From an uncultured Gemella sp. (GTDB lineage Bacteria; Bacillota; Bacilli; Staphylococcales; Gemellaceae): a DNA stretch of 64,000 nt. The stretch's first letter is position 1, and each line of letters begins with the position of its first letter. The DNA lies in assembly GCF_963525875.1 (NCBI RefSeq), contig NZ_CAURMG010000005.1, forward strand, positions 3,406 to 67,405, in the 5' to 3' direction. The notes beneath the pieces were generated by a model that was given only the letters and a program-made list of their open reading frames with translations, was not told where the DNA came from and made no database searches. The position numbers and the translations under genes were made by a program. Shown here one piece after another: positions 7,917 through 16,849 of this stretch.

Positions 7917-8242
7917 TTAATCTATATTAAGCTAAAGTAGGAATTTAAAAAGCACCAGTAAAAATTACCAGTGCTTAAAAATTGTATAAAATACTTTGAT
8001 AAATAGTTTCTGTATTAAAGAATATAATAGCATTATACCATATAAACGCTGTTATATCAAGGTTTCCGCTTCTCACTTAAAATTACAAGCCATTTAAACC
8101 GCTTCTAAGCGTTCTAATTATCAAGAGGTGTAATTACTTACCTAATCTTTAAAAGTCTCACCACACCCATTATATGATGTGGTTTTACCTAATCATTTAT
8201 TGATTTCTTTGATATGTGCTAGATAGAAAGGAAATGATAAAA

Positions 8243-9391
8243 ATGATTAAACAATATACAAAAAAATCAGACAGAAAAAAGTACTATACTGTACATATTT
8301 ATCTTGGAAAAGATGAGATTACTGGAAAAGATAGATATACAACTAGACGCGGTTTTAAAACTAAAAAAGAAGCTCTACTATGTGAAGCTAAGATTAAAAC
8401 TGAAATAGCTACTAATGGCTTATTAAATACAGATGTTACAACATTTAAAGAAATATATGAATTATGGTATGAGGGTTACCAACATACTATTAAAGAAAGT
8501 ACTTTAGTTGTAAACTCATACGTGTTTAAACTATTACTTGATAAATTAGAACATGTTCAACTAAAAAAGATAACATTGCCTTTTTGTCAAAAAATCATTA
8601 CTAATTACAGTAAAAAATTTTCATTATCAACACTTAAAAAAATCAAAATATATGGCGGTATGATTTTTGATTATGCTGTTAAAATGAAAGTTATCTACAG
8701 TAACCCTATGAAAGATGTATTACTACCAAAAAAGCAAGTTGATATTACTAGCAATGATAAGGATTTATATTACTCTAAAGATGAATTAAATCACTTTCTA
8801 AAACTAGTAGATAGTACAAACGATATAAAGCTTTCTGCAATGTTTAGGGTGCTAGCTTATACTGGTATTCGTAAAGGTGAGTTACAGGCTCTTGAATGGT
8901 CTGATATTGACTTTACCAACAATACTATAAACATCAATAAGACTTTAGCTATAAGTAGTGAGTATAAGATAAAAGTTCAGACACCTAAAAGTAAAAGTAG
9001 TATAAGAAAAATTAGTATTGATGAAGAAACTAAGCTAATACTTAAACGTTGGAAAGCTAAACAAAGAGAATTGTTTTTCTCTCTAGGTACTAGAGTAAAG
9101 AAAAATCAACTATGCTTTACCAACGATATCACAAATGATTATTTATATCTTAACTTTACCAATGATAAATTAAGTAAGATATGCAAGAAACACAAGTTTA
9201 AAGAAATAAAGATACATGGCTTTAGGCATACACATTGTAGTTTACTTTTTGAAAGTGGCTTTACTATTCAAGAAGTACAAGATAGATTAGGTCACTCTGA
9301 CTTAAAAACAACAATGAGTGTTTATGCTCACGTAACGGAAAAACAACGAGATAATATGGCTGACAAATTTGCTAAATTTATGGCTTTATAA
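8243..9391 (+). CDS. int: Tyrosine recombinase / site-specific integrase
   Basis: N-terminal arm-binding RRGFKTKKEA; catalytic YTGIRKGEL, TPK, HGFRHTH, LGHS...TMSVYAH. Start placed at ATG 8243 by RBS spacing (ORF track gives 8216). Confidence 0.95.
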   Translation: MIKQYTKKSDRKKYYTVHIYLGKDEITGKDRYTTRRGFKTKKEALLCEAKIKTEIATNGLLNTDVTTFKEIYELWYEGYQHTIKESTLVVNSYVFKLLLDKLEHVQLKKITLPFCQKIITNYSKKFSLSTLKKIKIYGGMIFDYAVKMKVIYSNPMKDVLLPKKQVDITSNDKDLYYSKDELNHFLKLVDSTNDIKLSAMFRVLAYTGIRKGELQALEWSDIDFTNNTININKTLAISSEYKIKVQTPKSKSSIRKISIDEETKLILKRWKAKQRELFFSLGTRVKKNQLCFTNDITNDYLYLNFTNDKLSKICKKHKFKEIKIHGFRHTHCSLLFESGFTIQEVQDRLGHSDLKTTMSVYAHVTEKQRDNMADKFAKFMAL

Positions 9392-9395
9392 AAAT

Positions 9396-9470
9396 ATGGC
9401 ATTCAAATGGCATTCAAATGGCATTCAAGTGGCAAAACAAAAAGCCTTAAACGTTGATACTTTAAGGCTT
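9396..9470 (+). repeat. att-arm region: 3 tandem 11-mers ATGGCATTCAA plus a palindrome
   Basis: Copies at 9396, 9407 and 9418, then a partial GTGGCA; followed by AAGCCTTAA-acgttgatact-TTAAGGCTT just before the rpmG stop. Confidence 0.75.
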
Positions 9471-9481
9471 CTCTAACTTTA

Positions 9482-9631
9482 TTATTTAGTTTCTCTGTGT
9501 AAAGTCACTTTTTTTAATCTTGGACAGTATTTTTTAAGTTCAATACGGTCTGGATTATTTCTTTTGTTCTTTTTAGTAATGTAGTTTCTGTCACCACATT
9601 CTGTACAAGCTAATGTTACATTTACGCGCAT
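9482..9631 (-). CDS. rpmG: 50S ribosomal protein L33 (not in ORF track)
   Basis: Hand translation [58 protein letters not shown]. Confidence 0.98.
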   Translation of the reverse strand: MRVNVTLACTECGDRNYITKKNKRNNPDRIELKKYCPRLKKVTLHRETK

Positions 9632-9782
9632 TAATATAACCTCCTATAAAATTTAATCTTAACAACTTTTTCATACAACAAAATATATTATAACATTACT
9701 TTATAAATATTTCTAGTATAAAATACAAAATTTTTAAATTTTTTTAAAGAAAAATATTTTTGACGTAAAAGCCCTCTACTGA

Positions 9783-10436
9783 TTATTCACCAAATACTTT
9801 ATAATAATCTTGCTTAAATTTTTCAATACCTATGTCTGTTAAAGGGTGTTTAATCATTTGCTTAATTACACTATAAGGAACTGTAGCAATATCACATCCC
9901 AATTTAGCACATTCTGTAACATGAATTGGATTTCTCACACTCGCTGCAATAATTTGTGTATCAATATCATTATTCGCAAAAATTTCCACTATTTCTTCGA
10001 TTAATAATAGTCCATTGTGAGCAATATCGTCTAATCTACCTAAAAATGGAGATACATAAGTTGCTCCTGCTCTTGCAGCTAGTAAAGCTTGAGTTGGGCT
10101 AAAGATTAACGTAACATTAGTTTTAATTCCCTCTTTTTTCAGTACATTCACCGCTTTTAGACCATCTTCTGTCATAGGAATTTTTACTACCATGTTAGGG
10201 TGGATTTTAGCAATTTCTCTTGCTTCATCTACCATATCTTTCCAATCAGTAGTAGTTGCTTTTACTTCCCCACTAATAGGTCCATTAACTATTGCTGTAA
10301 TTTCTTTAATTACTTCTGTAAAATCTCTTCCTTCTTTTGCAATTAAAGATGGATTTGTAGTAACTCCACAAATTACACCTAAATCATTAGCACTTCTAAT
10401 ATCTTCTACATTTGCTGTATCGATAAAAAATTTCAT
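9783..10436 (-). CDS. tal: Transaldolase / fructose-6-phosphate aldolase family
   Basis: [40 protein letters not shown]. Confidence 0.92.
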   Translation of the reverse strand: MKFFIDTANVEDIRSANDLGVICGVTTNPSLIAKEGRDFTEVIKEITAIVNGPISGEVKATTTDWKDMVDEAREIAKIHPNMVVKIPMTEDGLKAVNVLKKEGIKTNVTLIFSPTQALLAARAGATYVSPFLGRLDDIAHNGLLLIEEIVEIFANNDIDTQIIAASVRNPIHVTECAKLGCDIATVPYSVIKQMIKHPLTDIGIEKFKQDYYKVFGE

Positions 10437-10469
10437 TATGATATTCTCCTCTCGTTTGTTATTACACTT

Positions 10470-10498
10470 ATAATATCACACTTTATAAGCGATTTCAA
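10470..10498 (-). promoter_or_regulatory. sigmaA promoter of tal with a cre-like site overlapping the -35
   Basis: Minus strand TTGAAA-17-TATTAT; TTGAAATCGCTTATA resembles the CcpA cre consensus. Confidence 0.5.
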
Positions 10499-10579
10499 TT
10501 CAACAGCGTATTACTTATATATTTGTTTATTGTTTTTTAACCCAATATATGATAGAATAACACTATAATTAGGAGGCAG

Positions 10580-10942
10580 ATGATGAAGAAATTTTTAGAA
10601 AAAGTACCATATTTAATTTTTTCTTTCTTTTTATTTATAATACTCCCTCTGTGTTCTTATTTTATATCAAATAGATCAGGTATGATAATATTACTTTTAA
10701 TTATTTTATACCCTGTTATTAGTTTTCTAATCTCATTTCTATATGCATATAACAAAGAAGACTTTAGCTATATTTTCTCATTTATTATAGGGATTTTTTA
10801 TACAATATCTTGTTTAATCATATTAAACTTTGATATTCTTATATATGGTTTAGGGTATATATTCTTCAGCCTTTGTGGTCAAGGGACTGGTTTTTTAATT
10901 GGGAAATTTCGAAAACATAAAAAAAGAGCTAAACAGAGTTAG
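10580..10942 (+). CDS. Hypothetical membrane protein (about 4 TM)
   Basis: Hydrophobic segments, basic C-terminal tail, AGGAGG RBS. Confidence 0.75.
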   Translation: MMKKFLEKVPYLIFSFFLFIILPLCSYFISNRSGMIILLLIILYPVISFLISFLYAYNKEDFSYIFSFIIGIFYTISCLIILNFDILIYGLGYIFFSLCGQGTGFLIGKFRKHKKRAKQS

Positions 10943-10952
10943 TTAAATTTTA

Positions 10953-10998
10953 AAAAGAGAAGAAGCCATTACATAACGTAAATAACTTCTTCTCTTTT
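10953..10998. terminator. Bidirectional terminator
   Basis: AAAAGAGAAGAAG...CTTCTTCTCTTTT between convergent genes. Confidence 0.7.
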
Positions 10999-11047
10999 AC
11001 TATTTCTAAATACTATATTTTCATATGATACTATTAAGATCTCTTTC

Positions 11048-11890
11048 CTATATTTCGTATCCTAAAAGCATTCCGCCTTCTTCTCCATAAAAACTACAGA
11101 TACCAGAAGTAGGAAGAATCATAAACTCTATATTTGAAAACTTTTCTCTTAATTTGTCTTGTATTTTTCTGCAAATATCTTCATTGTTTCTATGAGTGAC
11201 AACAACTCTTCCACCTTTATATCCCGCTTTTATCATTTCGTCTACTACTGTAGAAATAGCCTTCTTCTCACCTCTGACTTTATGAAGTAAATGCAAAGTT
11301 CCTTCATTACTAGCTTCACCAACCATGCGCATATTTAATAATCCTACAACAGTAGCCGCAAGTTTGTTTAATCGGCCATTTTTCACCAAATTATCAACTT
11401 TTTCCAATACAAAAATAAGTTTAGAGTTTTCTTGATATTTCTTCATTTCTGATACTACTTCATCAAAAGACAACCCTTCTTTTATTAGCTCATTTATCTT
11501 AAGAAGGTATAAATCATTTTCTCCACCAGCAGAAAGAGTATCAATAATATGAATATTAACATCTTTATTTTCTTCTTTTAGCATCTTTTCACCAATAACA
11601 GCACTATTATAACTTCCAGACATTGCTCCAGTTAATGTAAGTACTATGACATTTTTAGCCCCTCTATAAGCAGCTAAATATGCCTCTGGACTAGGACAAG
11701 CTGATCTTGCTGGTTCTGAACTAGCATACATTTCTTCCATCATTTTATCGATATCTAAGTCTAATGTATCAACAAAAACTTTGTCTTCAATTTGTAGTGA
11801 AAATGGAACTCTTTCATAAATAACATTTTCTGCTTTGTTAGGTATTTCCCTAAAATCACAAGCAGTATCAACTACAATTTTCCACTCCAT
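11048..11890 (-). CDS. DegV family fatty-acid-binding protein
   Basis: KIVVDTACD, SACPSP, SGSYNSA, IDTLS, LVKNGRL. Confidence 0.92.
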   Translation of the reverse strand: MEWKIVVDTACDFREIPNKAENVIYERVPFSLQIEDKVFVDTLDLDIDKMMEEMYASSEPARSACPSPEAYLAAYRGAKNVIVLTLTGAMSGSYNSAVIGEKMLKEENKDVNIHIIDTLSAGGENDLYLLKINELIKEGLSFDEVVSEMKKYQENSKLIFVLEKVDNLVKNGRLNKLAATVVGLLNMRMVGEASNEGTLHLLHKVRGEKKAISTVVDEMIKAGYKGGRVVVTHRNNEDICRKIQDKLREKFSNIEFMILPTSGICSFYGEEGGMLLGYEI

Positions 11891-11911
11891 AATATACCTC
11901 CAAGTATTATT

Positions 11912-12340
11912 TTAAATTATTTTTTCTACTAAATCGTGTGTCTTTTTATATAATCTAACCGTGTCACAAGCTGAAACTATTACTTCTGGCAATCCATCTC
12001 TTTTTTCTTCGTTCATACACATTACAAAATTGTTGTACATTGTTTCAGAACTTTCTTCGATAGTCAAACTATTAATTGTTTTACTAATTTCTTGAATTGA
12101 AAAGACATTTTTTAAACATGTAATAACTATCAATCTTGCTAACTGTCTTCTATTATATTTTTTCTTAATCGGTTTCTCTAAATGACCATTTTTAACATAA
12201 TTATTAATCATTGCCGAGGTTAGTCCTTTATCATCATCTACGATTGAACAGTTATCTAATTGATTAACATATAATAAAACCTGATCTAGATAAAGATCAA
12301 TGTTAGGTAATTCTGACCATTTCGGATATACTTTGTTCAA
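11912..12340 (-). CDS. DUF1836 domain protein
   Basis: PKWSELPNIDLYLDQV, LTSAMINNYVK, KKKY motifs; adjacent to degV. Confidence 0.85.
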   Translation of the reverse strand: MNKVYPKWSELPNIDLYLDQVLLYVNQLDNCSIVDDDKGLTSAMINNYVKNGHLEKPIKKKYNRRQLARLIVITCLKNVFSIQEISKTINSLTIEESSETMYNNFVMCMNEEKRDGLPEVIVSACDTVRLYKKTHDLVEKII

Positions 12341-12424
12341 ATATATACCTCCCTATAATCTAGTTTTAATAACCATATTATATAGTCTTTTTAAAAAACA
12401 GTCAAGTTATTATGCAACTAAAAA

Positions 12425-12536
12425 AGGAACAGTTCGATAAAATCAATTTTATCAAACCGCTCCTACAAAGATTATATGACACCTAAAAAGCCCATATAAA
12501 GCAAATTCAGATATAAATAAATCACCGTATCAATGA
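12425..12536 (+). repeat. Degenerate copy of the MITE-like repeat
   Basis: Shares CTAAAAAGC..ATAAAGC.AATT.AGATATAAATAAATCAC with the 14389 and 18115 copies. Confidence 0.5.
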
Positions 12537-12588
12537 ATTTTTATATAAATTTTTTAAATTTAAACCTTTATTATCAGCATAATATTTA

Positions 12589-13950
12589 TTAATTAGATAA
12601 TTTTATTTTTTTCTTAATTTCTCTTCTCATAAAAAGATAATAGAATAGTACACCTAAGGCATAAACAGCAAGTCCAATTATCCAACCAATCCATAATCCT
12701 TCTATGCCAATTCCCATTTTGAAAACAAAATAATATGCACAAGGAATTCCAACTAGATAATAACCAACAAACATAACTATACATATTGGTACTACTTTTT
12801 TGTATCCGCGTAATACACCTGCTAATGCTGAAGCAAATGAATCACACATCGCAAAACCGATTGCAAATAATAACAACTCAGATGTTAAAGTAATTACACC
12901 AGTATCATTACTATATAAATAAGGGATTTTAGTATTAAATAACCAGACGATTAATCCAGCTATTGCAGACAAAATCATTCCCATAATTACTGTTAATTTT
13001 GTATACTCAGTTGCCAATTTATAATTCTTAGCTCCTACATGATAAGCTACTATAATAGTCGCAGTATTTGCTACACTAACTGGCAGAGTATATAAAAAAC
13101 CAGAGAAATTCAACGAAGCTTGATGAGAAGCAATAATTGTCGTATCAAAACGCGACACCATTAATGACAATGTTGAAAAAACAACTGTTTCTAGTGCAGT
13201 AGCTATTGCTATTGGAATTCCTAGTTTAAAAATCTCCCACCATTTTTCAAATCTAACTTTTTCTTTCTCAAATATTTTATACTTATTAATTTTAGGGTTT
13301 GTTAGTACTATAAATAATGCAATAAAAAATAGTACTGTATATGTTACTGAAACAGAAATTGCATTTCCAGCTCCACCAAGTTCAGGCATACCAAATTTAC
13401 CAAAAATGAAACTATACGCAAAAAATACATTTACAGGTACTGATATAATCATCATTATCATAGATAATCTAGTTAATCCTAAACTATCTATAAATGAACG
13501 TAAAACTACATATAGGAAGATTGACAGTACCCCAAAGCTTTCATAAAACAAATATTTCTTTGTTATTTCCGCGATATTACTATCCAAACCTAATTGATCA
13601 ACTATTGGTGTAGCTAATGTATTTAGTCCAATAACAAGAATAATACTTATTATTAACGCTATATAAAGAAACTGTCTAACAACTGTAGGAATATCTTCTT
13701 CTTTATTTTTTCCTATTAATTGTGAAACTATTGGAATTAATGCTAAAACAATCGCATTTAAAGTGTACATAATTGGATTCCAAATATTAACACCCATACT
13801 AACACCCGCTAAGTCTGTAGGACTATAATGTCCCGCCATAAACGTTCCAATCATTCCTGATGAATACGAAATTACTTGATAAGCTAAAACAGGCAACAAT
13901 AGGTTAATAAAAATACCTGCACGTTCAGAAAAGTTTTTTCCTTGATACAT
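12589..13950 (-). CDS. MATE family multidrug efflux transporter (NorM-like)
   Basis: About 12 TM segments; FGKFGMPELGGAG; LGIPIA; IASHQ. Confidence 0.9.
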   Translation of the reverse strand: MYQGKNFSERAGIFINLLLPVLAYQVISYSSGMIGTFMAGHYSPTDLAGVSMGVNIWNPIMYTLNAIVLALIPIVSQLIGKNKEEDIPTVVRQFLYIALIISIILVIGLNTLATPIVDQLGLDSNIAEITKKYLFYESFGVLSIFLYVVLRSFIDSLGLTRLSMIMMIISVPVNVFFAYSFIFGKFGMPELGGAGNAISVSVTYTVLFFIALFIVLTNPKINKYKIFEKEKVRFEKWWEIFKLGIPIAIATALETVVFSTLSLMVSRFDTTIIASHQASLNFSGFLYTLPVSVANTATIIVAYHVGAKNYKLATEYTKLTVIMGMILSAIAGLIVWLFNTKIPYLYSNDTGVITLTSELLLFAIGFAMCDSFASALAGVLRGYKKVVPICIVMFVGYYLVGIPCAYYFVFKMGIGIEGLWIGWIIGLAVYALGVLFYYLFMRREIKKKIKLSN

Positions 13951-14033
13951 ATGTTCTCTCCTTTATATATTTTTCTTTTTCACACAAAAAAAATCCAAAA
14001 GTTTATTACTTTTAGATATCATCGATTTATACT

Positions 14034-14297
14034 ATATGCAACCGAGACTTGAATAGATTAAAAAACCGTTAGTCTAATCGCCAACTCAACCTCGACAAAA
14101 ACTCACACCCACAATAGACTTACTTAATGCTGCTTCCTTCCGGACCTGACATGGTTCATAAGTATTGCGTCGTAAGGTGCCTTAGTCTCAACATTACGTG
14201 TTAAACTCGACATTCCCTATTCTACCCGCATCTCGGTATTCGGTCTTGCTAAAGCGGATTGCAAGTACAGGGCACCGCTAACTCCCCACCTAGCATT
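14034..14297 (-). ncRNA. ffs: Signal recognition particle RNA, large Bacillus-type (scRNA)
   Basis: Minus strand has the Alu domain TGCTAGGTGGGGAGTTAGCGGTGCCCTGTACTTGCAATCCGC and domain IV GAACCATGTCAGGTCCGGAAGGAAGCAGCATT. Ends are approximate. Confidence 0.95.
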
Positions 14298-14388
14298 TTT
14301 TAATTATATCAAATTTATATGTAAAAATCAAGAAATAAATAATGTTTCGAGATTAAACACAAAATTACTTACCTTTATATACTATCTA

Positions 14389-14563
14389 GAGAGTGACTCA
14401 AAAATCATGATTTCTAAGAAACAAGATTTTGTCGAGTCACCCCCATGCAGTTTATTTGATATCTAAAAAGCTTTTATAAAGCCGATTTAGATATCAATAA
14501 ATCACTGCATCTATAAGTTCTCATCTACACTTTGTTAAATTTAAGGACTTTTGGGTCAGCCCC
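14389..14563 (+). mobile_element. MITE-like intergenic repeat, ~175 bp, full copy 1
   Basis: Closely similar to 18115-18288; imperfect terminal IR GAGTGACTCAAAA / TTTTGGGTCAGCCC; internal hairpins. Confidence 0.75.
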
Positions 14564-14579
14564 TGAAATTTATTATTGT

Positions 14580-14840
14580 TTATCTTTTAATATTAGTTAG
14601 CCCGTCAATTTCTAATACACATTCACTTTCACTAATAACTAAACAAGGTATACCTATTTTCATATTACCCCTTATTCCTTCAAATTGTGAATATGTATCT
14701 CTAACATATAAGAATTCTTTAAAGTTTTTTAACGAAGACATAACTTCTATTTCTTTATATGTTATTTCTAATTCTGATAACTTTTCTTTAAATGGTGCTG
14801 TATCCGGACAACTTTCTGCATAATATAAAATATATTCCAT
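14580..14840 (-). CDS. Glutaredoxin-related small protein
   Basis: YYAESCPDT active-site-like motif and a GIPCL cis-Pro motif. Confidence 0.75.
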   Translation of the reverse strand: MEYILYYAESCPDTAPFKEKLSELEITYKEIEVMSSLKNFKEFLYVRDTYSQFEGIRGNMKIGIPCLVISESECVLEIDGLTNIKR

Positions 14841-14892
14841 AATACTACTTACTTCCTTTCATAAAATTTCTAATATCTCTATTATATCACTT

Positions 14893-15342
14893 TTATCTTT
14901 TTCTTTGAATTTTCACCCTTTGAATCGATGCTGAAAATACAGACGCCAATAATATCCCCATTGCAATTGCACCAGCTTGAAGAATCGTCTCTATTCCCAC
15001 TTTTGAAGCTACTCCATAATTTTTAGTTACAATATTTTGCATAGTATTATACATTCCATAACCGGGAACTAAAGGAACCATTCCAGTATAAATGAATATC
15101 GTAGCCGGTAATTTTAACAATCTAGATGCATTAGTAGATAGAACCCCTACACAGACTGCTCCAAGAAAACTACTTACTACTACATCTGCTAATACTATGT
15201 TAGTTACCACTTGAATTAGCCAACCGATAGCCCCTATCAATCCACATGTTGGGAGAGATTTTTTTGGAGCATTGAAAAATATTGCAAAAGATAAACTGAC
15301 AACAAAACCTGCTATAAATTGAATAAAAACACTGTTCTCCAT
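14893..15342 (-). CDS. Threonine/serine exporter family, small subunit (ThrE_2)
   Basis: FAIFFNAP, GMVPLVPG; paired with the ThrE gene. Confidence 0.85.
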   Translation of the reverse strand: MENSVFIQFIAGFVVSLSFAIFFNAPKKSLPTCGLIGAIGWLIQVVTNIVLADVVVSSFLGAVCVGVLSTNASRLLKLPATIFIYTGMVPLVPGYGMYNTMQNIVTKNYGVASKVGIETILQAGAIAMGILLASVFSASIQRVKIQRKR

Positions 15343-15352
15343 AGTTTTCTCC

Positions 15353-16123
15353 TTACACTAATTTTAATCCCATAACAACTCCAAGAGCAATAGCCGTTGA
15401 CACAAAAATTGCTGCTTGAATACCTATCATACCTGAAAGATAATCTCCAGCCATAAAGTCACGAACTGCATTTGTAACCTGAACTCCAGGAACTAGCGGC
15501 ATTAAACTTACGATTATTATACTGAATGGGTTATAAATGAGTAAAATCTTACTCACAACCATTACTAGTAATGTTGTAATAAATGCACCTAGAAAATTAC
15601 TAACAAAAGCTGTTACTTTATACTTTGCCGTATAGTTTATAAAAATAGCTTGTACTGCCATTATTAAAATTGCATATAAAGAATCCTTAAAGGTCCCACC
15701 GAACATTATAGCAAAAAATGGTGCTGACATCATTAAAGCAGATATCACAATATAGGCTGGATACCTTCTTTTAGCTTTAATTTCTCTCATTTTTTTAAAT
15801 GCATAATCTAATGTGCAACCACCCATTACCATTTTTCTAGATATATCATTCAAAAGTGCAATTTTTTCTAAATCACGATCTCCTAAGACAACCCTACGCA
15901 TCGCTGTATATGTGTTATCATTATATATGAATGATACAATAACAAAATTATACGTAACTAAACTATTTGCTGCCTTAATGTTATCAAATGATTTATAAAT
16001 TCTATTCACTGTATCTTCGACTCTATAAACCTCTGCACCATAAGATAACATACTCTTCGCTATCTTCACACTAAAATTTAATAACTTTTTAGCTTCCCTT
16101 TCATCCTGTAGAGATTGTAACAT
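15353..16123 (-). CDS. Threonine/serine exporter family (ThrE)
   Basis: GAEVYRVEDT, MPLVPGVQVTNAVRD. Confidence 0.88.
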   Translation of the reverse strand: MLQSLQDEREAKKLLNFSVKIAKSMLSYGAEVYRVEDTVNRIYKSFDNIKAANSLVTYNFVIVSFIYNDNTYTAMRRVVLGDRDLEKIALLNDISRKMVMGGCTLDYAFKKMREIKAKRRYPAYIVISALMMSAPFFAIMFGGTFKDSLYAILIMAVQAIFINYTAKYKVTAFVSNFLGAFITTLLVMVVSKILLIYNPFSIIIVSLMPLVPGVQVTNAVRDFMAGDYLSGMIGIQAAIFVSTAIALGVVMGLKLV

Positions 16124-16150
16124 TCCTTCCCCTCCTTTTTAATCGCAATA

Positions 16151-16831
16151 TTAAGAAATAATTTCTAATATTTTTGCATATCTACTTTTAAATTCAGTAA
16201 TCTTGTTCTCTTGAACTTCATTTGCTTTTTCTAATTGATTTAAGATATATTCAATCTTCGATAGTTCTTGTTTTTGTTTTTTTACAAACAATTCATTCTT
16301 TTCTGCCATCAAATACTTTCCAAAATTAACCTCATCCTCAGATAAACTCATCTCACCTGATTTTGCAACGATAATTTCATAAATATGCCCATCTTCTTCA
16401 ATTATATTCTCTGCTGTTATCTTATATCCTAATTGTTGCAATTTTTCTCTAACAAAGTTCTCTCCAACATTAGGCTGCAGTACTAAATTTGGTTTATTAG
16501 CTAGTTTCTCTTTTCCTTTTTCTAAAATCTCTGCAATTAACTTTCCACCCATACCACAAATTGTAATCACTTCTATATTATCCGCTAATTCTATGGCATC
16601 TAACCCTGCTGCCTTGCGACAATCTATAGTACCGACTAAATTCTCTTCTATAACATTTTTTATCGATACTTTATGCGGACCTTCAACTATCTCTCCAGCT
16701 ACTGCATAATCAATTTTATCCTTTTTAGCTAAATAGATAGGTAAATATGCATGATCACTACCAATATCTGCTAATCTTCTATTTTCTACATACTCAGCCA
16801 CTAATTGTAATCTTTTATTAATTGCTAACAT
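16151..16831 (-). CDS. trmK: tRNA (adenine22-N1)-methyltransferase
   Basis: ADIGSDHAYLP, ITICGMGG, LVLQPN. Confidence 0.95.
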   Translation of the reverse strand: MLAINKRLQLVAEYVENRRLADIGSDHAYLPIYLAKKDKIDYAVAGEIVEGPHKVSIKNVIEENLVGTIDCRKAAGLDAIELADNIEVITICGMGGKLIAEILEKGKEKLANKPNLVLQPNVGENFVREKLQQLGYKITAENIIEEDGHIYEIIVAKSGEMSLSEDEVNFGKYLMAEKNELFVKKQKQELSKIEYILNQLEKANEVQENKITEFKSRYAKILEIIS

Positions 16832-16849
16832 CTTATCTCCTTCTTTATT

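Larger units (their letters stand above)
1..9484. mobile_element. Phage satellite (PICI/SaPI-like island), right part; integrated at the 3' end of rpmG; continues beyond the left window edge
   Basis: Gene order int - cargo - divergent HTH pair - xis-like - primase/SF3 helicase - iteron ori - RinA-like gene matches Gram-positive PICIs. No capsid, tail or lysis genes in the window. int converges on the rpmG stop. No second att copy found in the window. Confidence 0.85.
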
